Assembly: GCA_000004985.1 (NCBI GenBank)
Contig: GG738931.1
Length of the DNA stretch: 64,000 bases
Strand: one strand, 5' to 3'
Source: Naegleria gruberi
Taxonomy: Eukaryota
The notes under the pieces: model-generated
What the model was told of the DNA's origin: nothing
Seen by the model: the letters and a program-made list of their open reading frames with translations, nothing else
Database searches by the model: none
Shown here: one piece after another, positions 52,901 through 61,729 of the stretch
How positions within the stretch are numbered: position 1 is the stretch's first letter
Layout of the letters: each line of letters opens with the position of its first letter
Position numbers and translations under genes: made by a program

Positions 52901-53973
52901 AGATCCTCATCTTTTTCTAGTCTATTCAAAATAAAGTCCTGGTGTTCCACATCAATCCACATCTTATTTGGATTATACTTGTTTTTTGGAGTGACGAGGA
53001 TAGTCTCGTGATTTTCAAAGTGTTTTGGATATCTTTTTTTCTTAGGTTTGTTCTTTTCGTTCAAGTATTCACATAAGATTGATTTTCCCTTGTCAATAAT
53101 CTCGTTCATTGGCAGAATTTCAATTTCTTGTTTACCACTGTTTGTTGTGAATTTACTCTTGGATTTTCCTTCATTATCATCCATTACTACAATATATTTT
53201 ACAAAGTCCAATTGTTTTGTAATGCTGATGAAAAAATCGAGCATTTCTAAAGTACAAACGACAACCTGACTATCGGTCAGTTCAACAATATGTTTCGTCT
53301 CATCAAAAGTTTGGGCAAAGTGAATAGGAGCAGCCACAAATCCCTTGAAGAAACAAGCATAATCACACAAGTACCAATATAAATTATTCTTTCCACAAAT
53401 GGATACAAATTGTCTCTTATTTTCCTCCCTCAAAGGTTTTAAAATTTCATCCAGTCCAACAGCAATACAACAAACCAAGTGGAATACTTGTTCATATCGA
53501 AGCCAATGATAAGGTCCGTCATCCTCTTTCAATATTCCAAAGCAAGGATTCATTGAATTTTCAATAAAACTCCGAAACAGTGTACTATTGACACGATCGG
53601 CCTCTGATCTTTGTTTGATTTCATGATAGTGATATTTTGTTGGTACAAAATATTCAAGATCCTCACAAAATGTTTCCAACCAGAGTTCTCTTTCCTTTTC
53701 TTCTGGTGTTTTTTCCTCATTGTCAACTTGTTGATGATTAGGAGATGCATTCTTCCTTCTCTTCTTACATTTATCCCAACACCAATCGTAACACTTCTCG
53801 CACAAATCAGTTCCCTTGTCATTGGTATTGGTATATCGGATTGTGTTTTCAATAACACCCAAACACATATTACAAATCCATCGATATGAAACCGATGTGA
53901 CGGTGAAGTTGGTTGGTTTTTCCTCCACTTGCAGTTTTCCACGAGAGAATAGGGAGGTGATCTTGTTGAGCAT
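49999..53973 (-). CDS. tri-domain enzyme: an ACSL-like adenylation (AMP-binding) domain, a carrier-protein (thiolation) domain and a C-terminal NAD(P)-dependent thioester reductase. It has an N-terminal Cys-rich zinc-finger-like segment.
   Basis: AMP-binding signature LVFTSGSTGQPKGIMV. The ACSL-like core is GELCVKTKTMFIGYYKNEELTKNALDEEGWLHTNDIVEE. After the A-domain end (VPKDFIIEFESFSE...KVKRF) comes a carrier-like segment with DSL (ESDGNMKIIDSLHAVKFSGIM). Then a reductase Rossmann motif ILLTGSTGFLGAFILRDLL and YSSTKFVAEQY (YxxxK). The N-terminus has C..C...C..C (CNMCLGV...CEKCYDWCWDKC). It is a single 1324-aa ORF. Confidence 0.85.
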   Translation of the reverse strand: MLNKITSLFSRGKLQVEEKPTNFTVTSVSYRWICNMCLGVIENTIRYTNTNDKGTDLCEKCYDWCWDKCKKRRKNASPNHQQVDNEEKTPEEKERELWLETFCEDLEYFVPTKYHYHEIKQRSEADRVNSTLFRSFIENSMNPCFGILKEDDGPYHWLRYEQVFHLVCCIAVGLDEILKPLREENKRQFVSICGKNNLYWYLCDYACFFKGFVAAPIHFAQTFDETKHIVELTDSQVVVCTLEMLDFFISITKQLDFVKYIVVMDDNEGKSKSKFTTNSGKQEIEILPMNEIIDKGKSILCEYLNEKNKPKKKRYPKHFENHETILVTPKNKYNPNKMWIDVEHQDFILNRLEKDEDLLSLVFTSGSTGQPKGIMVSDKSLRREMHGFRAENPKVQFSFCPLAHMSDRKHTLLAMCDGARVGIFTRDFVHIFEDIQKVKPTVIASTPRLYNVLYDEYKKVYELEKTSWLSGISNQNEDRPKTERELEERVMKDFRNMLGGRLQSIIIGGASSSPQVREFLGKCFNCFVSDGFGMSEAGGIMNDNRLHSSVEYKLVDVPDMNYFTNDKPYPRGELCVKTKTMFIGYYKNEELTKNALDEEGWLHTNDIVEELGPRHIRIIDRLKNIFKLSQGEFIAPAKIEDALTTSKFIFQAFIYGNVSKSYLVGVIVPNQTVLKQFAIKEGLINSSSEELLSDSEKDLLKTNEKVKKVLCEEIEKVSVNCSLLPYEVPKDFIIEFESFSEKNDLLTSSMKVKRFGCEMKYKEELEALYEHLESINKRKLDEDLIRELLLNSQTGSAESDGNMKIIDSLHAVKFSGIMKQKYNIDVPLSLIFSQTDRNVDSVVSRVSDFVTKNQHDDVATVNSSHDWKKDILLPEDVLNDIIDLTSRGNTQFKKIADLKKGILLTGSTGFLGAFILRDLLEALEKAEENVKVYCIVREKNHQDDVFMRVKENLVEFKLWNDKYEKRISVVKGNLGDDNLGLTEEEFKKLAENIDIIYHNGAYVNSVMSYPQLFSSNTGSTLSLLKLACLSSKLNIQSGDSTLAPIVFVSTVGVLQSGLSLFGIPTSTSGISNKKDITDLINNHMDQVMRQLKPIIERANGYSSTKFVAEQYIQQARLLGYPGAIFRPGMIGSDTVNGVSNLIDWVNRLVMGCFEMNCFPKTNRTLNIVPVDIISRVIVQLTQNENAFVTDLHENPNYFIFELANLDKFVIHIDDLLSIAATTEAKLLKKEPMQNVTYQKWKQILNERNTKEENEMLLRLATLFKSDYEFPGSGDRLTNSHVHKVIQALSKLEDSECKALIPFKNLDQSYLAKQATFLVNSKTCH

Positions 53974-54110
53974 TTTTTTATGAAGATGAAAGTTTGTGAT
54001 TGTTGATGGCTCAAGGATGAACCAGATAATGTGTTATTGTGTTAATTTTGTGATTAGTATTGCCATCATGTAATACTAATATTATTGAGTTTAAATTTGA
54101 GTTGAATAAA

Positions 54111-55616
54111 TTAAAGAATCCACATGAAGAGAATCAAACAAGTGGAGACAACAAGTGTTGTCCAAAAGATACTCGACAATGAGTACAGATACTTCTTAAA
54201 GGTGTGATTCAATCCATATACTTCCTGAATGAATGTGCTTACGGTTGTGAGGGAGCCACAAAATCCAACCGAGAATGCATCAATCCAATAAACAGCAACA
54301 CCAGAGGTGAAACCTGAAACGTAGGCAGTACCTTGTAAAATAACCAAGATTAGAGAGCCAATGATATTGACAGCAAGTGTGAAAATTGGCATTTGGAATC
54401 TTTCAACAGCTTTAAATGTAATATTTAGCTTGCAAATTAAATATCTCAATAAACAGCCAAGAGGAGCAACGAGGAGAGTGAGGCAAAGACTTTGATCCAA
54501 TGATTTTGAAACGTTCATAGCACCAAGCAGAACAATAAAAACTGAAATGACAGCCATCAAAACTACAAACAAATCAACAGCCATTTTGATTGCTGTTCTT
54601 GATTTCCATTTGGCATTTCTAATTTGTTGATACTCTTCCAGTAATTTTCTTTTGAATAATTCTCCATTACTCTCGGCAATATATTTAATTTCACCTTCTT
54701 CCAAGAGAATCTTTCTCTGATCCTCATTTGGAATTGGTTCTACAATATCTACATCTTCAGCCAATCCAGAAGCAACACTCGAAGATGCAATTGAATTAAC
54801 ACTATTTTGACTTGTCATTGTGACCTGTTGTGGCGCCTTTGCATTTCCAAATTTCTTCCTCAAAACAGGAATCACAAAACTCAAAATTGCATTTGTAATA
54901 TCCTTCGCAATTACAAATGCAAAATAACAAGTTGTAAAACCAACTACTTGCTTACTCACAAACGACAAGACATCTCCCTTCATTAAACTAATTGCAGCAT
55001 TCACTTGCCAACTTGAAAATGTTGTAATGCATCCACACATCCCAGTCGATAGTCCAGTATATATCCTCTTCTCAAACGACAATGTTCCATGAAAAACTCT
55101 ATGCAGAAACAACTTGACCATTCTCTTCTTTGATTCCTCCATTCCTTCCAAAGATATTGCTGATGAATTATTACTCTTCACCATAATAGGAGTATTACTT
55201 TCACTACTACTACCATTATTATTATTATTAGTAACCTTATTCTTTTCCAATTCAACTAACAAGGCCTTCTCCTTCTCCTTCAACTCTTCCAAAGGCTTTT
55301 TAATAAAGTGCAAATGAATGACCATTAAAACTCCCATGATGAAGCAACCCACAATATTTGCATACAAATCGGAGAAGAATAAATCATCAATGGATTGAAC
55401 GATATTACCATTGGATGATGTCGATGGATTCATAATATTGTTATTATTGCTATTATTATTGGAGGAGGAGAGGGAAGGCTTGTAGAGAGTGTCGGAGAGA
55501 AGAATTCGAATTAAAACACCAATCATGCAGAATACGATGAGGTAGGCAATGTAGAGTAAATGTTTGGATAAATTGATGGCAAATTTGAAATTTTCTTTGA
55601 GTAGTTGCATTGTCAT
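54111..55616 (-). CDS. fluoride export protein FEX (tandem CrcB/Fluc domains)
   Basis: Two CrcB-like halves, each with the signature G..G..TTFS.[FW]: GMCGCITTFSSWQVNA and GFCGSLTTVSTFIQEV. Eight to nine TM helices. There is a long N/S-rich and charged loop between the halves. Confidence 0.75.
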   Translation of the reverse strand: MTMQLLKENFKFAINLSKHLLYIAYLIVFCMIGVLIRILLSDTLYKPSLSSSNNNSNNNNIMNPSTSSNGNIVQSIDDLFFSDLYANIVGCFIMGVLMVIHLHFIKKPLEELKEKEKALLVELEKNKVTNNNNNGSSSESNTPIMVKSNNSSAISLEGMEESKKRMVKLFLHRVFHGTLSFEKRIYTGLSTGMCGCITTFSSWQVNAAISLMKGDVLSFVSKQVVGFTTCYFAFVIAKDITNAILSFVIPVLRKKFGNAKAPQQVTMTSQNSVNSIASSSVASGLAEDVDIVEPIPNEDQRKILLEEGEIKYIAESNGELFKRKLLEEYQQIRNAKWKSRTAIKMAVDLFVVLMAVISVFIVLLGAMNVSKSLDQSLCLTLLVAPLGCLLRYLICKLNITFKAVERFQMPIFTLAVNIIGSLILVILQGTAYVSGFTSGVAVYWIDAFSVGFCGSLTTVSTFIQEVYGLNHTFKKYLYSLSSIFWTTLVVSTCLILFMWIL

Positions 55617-55879
55617 TTTTTTTAAATTTTGTGTTAATTAATTAACTTAAATATTAAATACACAATATTATTAAATATTGTAAACAGTCAAGTCATGAAA
55701 TCTGCATTTATTTTTCCTTAATAAACTTTGTAATCAAACATTAACATCTCTCTTTGCTCTTCCAAGTTCAACACGAACATCACCGAACCAAGTTCTTAAT
55801 TGACCAAAAAAACAACTTTCAATACTTACTGTATCGAGAACTTCCTCAAACACATCAAACATAACACACAAGAAAAAAA

Positions 55880-57007
55880 ATGGCTCCAAAACGCATCACA
55901 CAATTCTCATCACTTCCCTACGAAATTTATCAACACATTTTATCGTTCGGAGTGAGTGATTCCGAATTATTGCTGAAAAAGAATTTTTCGAGTGGGAGTA
56001 GTGAAATTCAATCCTGTGTACGATATGTGGCTAATTTTCAATCATTGAATAGGAAGATTGCTAGTATGCCAGAGATGGAACGATATTTTGATAGATTTTG
56101 GTGGAATGTTTGGGAGATTTGGTTTGGAATTAATCCATCTTTGGAGAAGGAGTTTAGTTTATTGAGGGAGGAAATGATTCTAAAGAGAGAATTGAAGAGG
56201 AAAGTGCTGATGGCTGCATTTATAAAGTTTCACATTTGGAGAAGAATTAAAAATTTGAATGGAATTGATGAAACTAAAGTGGTAATGATTGGAAAGGGAG
56301 GAGTAGGTAAGAATTTAATAATTTTCTGTTAATAGGTTAATTATTTTGAAATAGGAAAGTCTGCAATGACAGTGAAATATATACAAGATTTCTTTATTGA
56401 ACAATATGATCCAACAATAGAGGGTGTTTATAGAAAACAATTGTTGGTTGATGGTTTTCCTACATTATTTGAAGTTTTGGACTCGGCTGAACATGAATAC
56501 AGTGTAAGTTCTTTAGAATAATGCCATTCTAAACTAATTAAATTTATCAAGTCCGCGAGAGATCATCATATGAGATATGGAGAGTGTTTCGTTCTTGTTT
56601 GTGATTTGGCAGATATTAATTCAGTGGAAGAAGCCGAACCACTTGTAGAACAATTAGTAAGAGTTAAGGACTTTGAGGAAAATAGCTTTCCAGTAGTATT
56701 TGCCTTAAATAAGGTCGATTTACTGAATGAAACAGATCGACCAATCACCATTGAGAAATTTACTAACCAAATTGCTACCCTCATTAAACAAACTCAATTG
56801 ACCAATACTTTCATTATTGAAACAAGTGCCAAGACGGGAGAAAACATTACTCGAGTATATGAAGAATGTGCAAGACTAAAGAGATATGGATCAGTTGATA
56901 ATCTAACACTCCTGAAAGAGGTTATTCAACACGATTCTGCATTCATTGAAACTTGTAAAAAGCAGAGAAAGTTGATGAAACAATCGAAAAATTGTTCTGT
57001 AATGTAA
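55880..57007 (+). CDS. F-box-like N-terminal domain fused to an atypical Ras-family small GTPase with a CaaX tail. This is copy B; it has three exons.
   Basis: Exon 1 spans 55880..56306. Intron 1 spans 56307..56354 (GTAAGAATTTAATAATTTTCTGTTAATAGGTTAATTATTTTGAAATAG). Exon 2 spans 56355..56503. Intron 2 spans 56504..56551 (GTAAGT...tatcaAG). Exon 3 spans 56552..57007. Spliced protein: MAPKRITQFSSLPYEIYQHILSF...VVMIGKGGVGKSAMTVKYIQDFFIEQYDPTIEGVYRKQLLVDGFPTLFEVLDSAEHEYSSARDHHMRYGECFVLVCD...ALNKVD...ETSAK...KNCSVM*. The introns are nearly identical to those of copy A. Confidence 0.85.
55880..57007. repeat. arm B of an inverted gene-sized duplication (partner at 18986..20110)
   Basis: As for arm A. 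The arms are in opposite orientation and about 35.8 kb apart. Confidence 0.8.
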
Positions 57008-57053
57008 AAATGTTGCTTAATAAAATTGTAGATATATATTTGTTTCGAATAAT

Positions 57054-58466
57054 TTATGAGATTTCAATCATGAATAGGTATTGCAAAGAAGAAATGGTAC
57101 GCTCCTCACTTACTATTTCCCTTTCAACTAGGGTGGGATTTTGAGATTTTGTTCCAATTGACCTAATCACAAAATCATACCATTTAAACGGTTTGAAATT
57201 GGATTTCTTTTGAGATGTTTGTTTGACATTCAGCTCATTGAAAATATCAAAATCTTTTACCATTTTCACGAAAGAAAATTCTCCTTTTTGCAATCTTCTA
57301 AACATTCTTTCATCAACATGGCTCAATAAAGTACCAATTCGATTCTTATACTCCACAACTATGGAATTTTTCTCAAAAATCTCCAATTGATTCGTATAAT
57401 TAACTTGATGCCATGTTGCATCAGCAAGTCCAAATCTTTTTGCAATTTTCAAAATATTCCAAAATATAAATTGTAAAATATTCATCTTTTTCTTTTCATT
57501 TCCAATAAGAGTTAAAACATTTGATGGAATTTGCAATTTTTCATTCATTGGAATGAAATAATTTCCAAATAATAATTCGATTCTTTCCCAATTTGGAAAA
57601 TTGTTATTCTTAGGATCGAATATTGCATAATGGAATAGATCTCCTCTTTTAATCCAAGATAAATCAACTCCCAATGTTAGTGAGCAGTTCATTAAATAAT
57701 TATTGGCCTTTCTAATAGAATTAATCTTTCTCTTTTTCGGATACAACAATCCACACATAGAATCATACGTATAACTAAAGCAATTATCTGTTCTCTTTAC
57801 CAAAACTTGATTATTGTAAATGGAATTCAAAACTAAATGATACGGAACTTGAATTTGAAGATTTTTCGAACAAAACAAGAGATGAATTTGTGAGATTCCA
57901 ATAGATTTCAAATTTTCTGCATAATTATTCAAAGGTTCTTGTAATCTGTGCAATCCAATCAGAGACAGAGTGATGCAGTATTTCTGAGTCAATTTTGAAA
58001 TTGTTAATTTTCGAATATAATTATCCGAAATTATTTCTGCTTTAGTATTCAACTTTGCATGATTAGTTTCAATGACTAACCATTCCAAATTATCAAGATA
58101 ATAAAATCTTTTCAACATTTCAATAGCAGATTTCGAATTTTCCAAATACGAATTTGTTCGAAACTTGATCCAATCCTCCTTTTCCACAAGTTTAAAGTCA
58201 TCAAATTCTACCTCCTTTTTAACTAAATCAGTTCCGAAATAACCATATACTGTTGGTATTTTCGAATTACGAAACCTTTCCACTAACACTTGTTTCTGCA
58301 TTCTTTCAATCTTTTCGAAACAAACCGAATTTATTCTCTTAAATTTCCGCTGATAGAAATAGGGAAGAAATGACACAATCTCACACAATAAATCCTCATT
58401 GATTTGACGCATTTTTTTTTTATTTATTGTTAAATTTTGATCAATTCTGAAATGCTTGAATTTCAT
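57054..58466 (-). CDS. hypothetical 470-aa protein with a possible F-box-like N-terminus
   Basis: ATG start. QINEDLLCEIVSFLPYFYQRKFKRINSVCFEKI fits a loose F-box pattern. No other motif is recognised. Confidence 0.5.
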   Translation of the reverse strand: MKFKHFRIDQNLTINKKKMRQINEDLLCEIVSFLPYFYQRKFKRINSVCFEKIERMQKQVLVERFRNSKIPTVYGYFGTDLVKKEVEFDDFKLVEKEDWIKFRTNSYLENSKSAIEMLKRFYYLDNLEWLVIETNHAKLNTKAEIISDNYIRKLTISKLTQKYCITLSLIGLHRLQEPLNNYAENLKSIGISQIHLLFCSKNLQIQVPYHLVLNSIYNNQVLVKRTDNCFSYTYDSMCGLLYPKKRKINSIRKANNYLMNCSLTLGVDLSWIKRGDLFHYAIFDPKNNNFPNWERIELLFGNYFIPMNEKLQIPSNVLTLIGNEKKKMNILQFIFWNILKIAKRFGLADATWHQVNYTNQLEIFEKNSIVVEYKNRIGTLLSHVDERMFRRLQKGEFSFVKMVKDFDIFNELNVKQTSQKKSNFKPFKWYDFVIRSIGTKSQNPTLVEREIVSEERTISSLQYLFMIEIS

Positions 58467-58645
58467 TGTAAAACAATTACAAAAGATTTTTTCACTGTAT
58501 TCTTGATCATGATTGGATAATCAAGTTCAGTGAATTTCCGAATACAATTACTAGGGAATAAATAATTCGATCTTTCATTAAGCTTCACTAAATTTCCTTA
58601 TTTACAAGTAGAGGAAATATAGTTAATAAGGAAAGTAATTTTTAT

Positions 58646-60090
58646 TTAAACCTTAATAAGAGAAGCAGATACAGTAGAAGCTTGATTGAGTCCACTGATA
58701 GCATACAATGTATGCCAACAATTGCTAGCTGGCCAAGTGAATACGAAACTTTGTCCATTATTAAGAGCTCCACTATTGATTACCTTTGTAGAATTATTAC
58801 AATCCAAATTGAATGAAAGACGCAATTGACCACCTCCTGTTGTAATAGCAGTGAGATTGTACGATTGACCAGCAATTGGCTTGGCCCATTTCAACTTGGC
58901 AAAACCAGTTCCATTACTATTGGTTTGAGTAACACGAGCACTCTTAGATGGGAAAACTACAGCTTGTTTGTAAGTATCAAAAACTCCCAAAGCATCACCA
59001 GATTGCAATGTCCATGGTCCTCTCATTGACAACAAGTTTTGATTTTGTGTAAAAGTAACTGGTTGACCATCACCATTCAACCAACTGGAGGCACTAACAA
59101 GAGGACGTAAAGCAGCTCTAATAGTTTGCAATTCACTGGCTGCGGTGTTACTCCAACCACCAGGAGGATGCAATGAGTAATTGGCTCCAATTTCAACATA
59201 GATTGCATATGGAGTTCCATAATTTCTATCCACAACTCTGGCTCCATAAGTTTTCAAAGTTTCGGCAACTTTTCTAAGCTTTTGAGTGGTCAACTTGGAA
59301 ACATTGAATGAGGAAGGGAGCATTAACAAACTACCTTCTGGAATTGCTCCAGAATTGGTTGTGGCAGCATCACTATCTGCAGAGGTGGCTGGGAAAACAT
59401 AAGTATTACTTCCATTAGCAAGAGCATTGTAAGTTAGGGATAAAGCCAATGCATGTCTGTACATGATATCACCATCATCAACTTCGTGCTTTCTAATAAT
59501 TCCTGCAGAGCTGACGATACCAACGGCACGAGCACCCTGATAGTAATGAGCTGGATCACCCCAACCAGTTCCATCCAAAGCAGCCCATCCATAGAGAGTA
59601 GCTCTCCAAACACCTGTTACATTCTTGAGTTGCCAGAATGAGTGAATAACCTTTGCAATTGGATCCTACAAAAAAAAATATTCGAAAGTTCAATATGTTA
59701 AATATGACAAGAAAAACTTACAAAAATTTCACAATGTCCATCAGATCCAGTTGCTGGAACTGTATTAGCTGGCCAACGTGGAATTACCATACTAGTAACA
59801 GATCCACCAATATCAACATTCTGAATACCAACAGTTGCTGAAGGTCCGTAAATGGTCATTGGTTGATCAGTTGCTGAGGCAATAAAGACACCAGTTGAGT
59901 AAGCACCTGCTTGGATAGCTGGGAAATAAATTGAAGTTGGAACTGTGACACCTGAAAGAATTGGGTTGACTGGACGACTATTCCACAATGAGTTGACTGA
60001 GAATGGTTTGTTGACCGTTCCCCATTGTGCTGCTACATAACTTGCAGCAGCGAGATAGCAAAGAGTAATAGCTAGGATTACTTTAAACAT
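58646..60090 (-). CDS. secreted hypothetical protein (about 440 aa) with two exons. Its composition is G/A/T-rich, bacterial-like.
   Basis: Exon 1 spans about 59722..60090 (signal peptide MFKVILAITLCYLAAASYVAAQ...GSDGHCEIF). The intron spans about 59666..59721 (GTAAGTTTTTCTTGTCATATTTAACATATTGAACTTTCGAATATTTTTTTTTGTAG). Exon 2 spans 58646..59665 (DPIAKVIHSFWQLKNVTGVW...). The junction is in frame. There are no TM helices after the signal peptide. Confidence 0.6.
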
Positions 60091-60769
60091 TTTGATTTTT
60101 TTTTGTTTCGAATAAGGTTTAGTTTGTTTAACAATGATCTTTTTAAAGGGTTTGGTTTGTTACAGGTTCGAATAGATTACGAGACATAACAAAGCACGTT
60201 CTAGTGTGGAATGTCAACTTGAATTAAAAAGTTTAGTGTATTCACAAATCATTATTCGAATTAGTATGTTGTCAATCATTGAAGAGCTCATGATATCTCG
60301 AACGGTGAATAAAAAGCGAAAACCATACATGAATTTCGCAATGTTAAATAATCCACGGTTGTGTTGGATTCGGCAATTTGTATAAAAAAGTTGTAAACTT
60401 TGCAATTCTCTTGAAAAAGCATTTGTAAATTTATCAAACCTTATCAAAGGTTTTTCAATGAACTGGAATGTACGTAGTATGAAAAGTTGTAGTCTCCCAG
60501 TTTATAATATCACGACTACGGTAGAATATTGTAATGGTTGAATTGAATTTATTAAAATTTTAATATTCAGTAATCGGATGGTGATTTCCAAGTAAAGTAG
60601 GTTGTAACAAGATGTTTCAACGATTGTAAACTTGAATTGACTTTTGAAGAAGGTATCAAGAATTTACAAAATGATCCAAATATCAAGTTCACGAATTTAA
60701 AGAAACAACTTTCAATACTTTACAATAAATTAATTGTATTATTAATATAAATTAAAGTTCAAAAAAAAA

Positions 60770-61729
60770 ATGACACAACACCAAACCAAAGGACTTTTTC
60801 GAGTTCATCATCATTCAAATGTCATTTCTGTCTTGACACAAGTATTGTTACATTTAGATCCAATCATGAATAGATACAATAATTATAACATTAATTCACA
60901 TTCGTCTAAAATAGAAAGTGAAATGTTGCAAGCTTTTGATTCAATTGGAAGAAAAGTGTGGAATAATCAAGAATTGGAAATTGATATTTCGGAATTTTAT
61001 TCTTTTTTCTCATTGGAAACTTGGGACAAATTTATTGATCTTGAAGAAATGTTTCAATTTACAATAACAAATTGTAAACTATTGAATCAATACTTTAATA
61101 CAACTGAGAAACGAACAACCACTTTTGAAATTTGTCCTACCTGCCAAATAGATTATGGAAAGAAGGAGAATATTTCAAATTATTGTACATTTATCTATTC
61201 GAAAGATAAATGGAAACAATTTAGAGAAACTAATGAGATTTATCAAGATCCAATTCCATTCATAAAGGGATACCACTGTACAAGTTGTTATTCATTCCTT
61301 GAGATTATGCTGAAATCGACTATAATTGAAGCTCCTGAAATATTGCTCTTGAAATTACACTCTTCAATTGAGAATAACTATTTTTTATACGAATTTAATG
61401 TCCATGAACATGTTAAATTATTAGTAGACGAATCGATTGACAATTCACATCATCAGGAATATGAGCTAGTTGCCGTAGTTGACTATTATAGAGAAAGAGG
61501 AATTTATGGAGGATTTTTCAAAAATCCAATGAATAGAAGGTGGTATCAAATGAATGCTCATTCCATTGATGACTTCCCCAAACTGGTTGAAGATTTGAGT
61601 TGTATCAATTCAACCTCAAATTTTATTCTATTCTTCCAGAAAACAGTGGAAAGGAAACCAATTTATTGGAAATCTGTGTTATCCAATCGATTTGTATACT
61701 GGGACGTTTCATTTAGCTTCACTGAATAG
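60770..61729 (+). CDS. ubiquitin-specific-protease (peptidase C19)-fold protein lacking the catalytic Cys and His (predicted inactive pseudo-deubiquitinase)
   Basis: The Cys-box position reads KGLFRVHHHSNVISVLTQVLLHL, where G[LF].N.GN.CY.NS.LQ.L is expected; there is no Cys. The zinc-ribbon pairs CPTCQ...CTSC are present. The His-box position reads YELVAVVDYYRERGIYGGFFKNPMNRRWYQMNAHSIDD, where Y.L.[AG]V..H.G....GHY.....W..FND..V is expected. GHY is replaced by GGFF. Confidence 0.6.
   Translation: MTQHQTKGLFRVHHHSNVISVLTQVLLHLDPIMNRYNNYNINSHSSKIESEMLQAFDSIGRKVWNNQELEIDISEFYSFFSLETWDKFIDLEEMFQFTITNCKLLNQYFNTTEKRTTTFEICPTCQIDYGKKENISNYCTFIYSKDKWKQFRETNEIYQDPIPFIKGYHCTSCYSFLEIMLKSTIIEAPEILLLKLHSSIENNYFLYEFNVHEHVKLLVDESIDNSHHQEYELVAVVDYYRERGIYGGFFKNPMNRRWYQMNAHSIDDFPKLVEDLSCINSTSNFILFFQKTVERKPIYWKSVLSNRFVYWDVSFSFTE

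Noticed and set aside
53550-54014. 154-aa ORF overlapping the 5' end of the adenylation-reductase gene in another frame, and plus-strand ORFs 50444..50638, 51182..51475, 52165..52552, 53048..53269 and 53611..53889.
   Set aside because: They are shadow ORFs within a 1324-aa CDS that has clear domain motifs.
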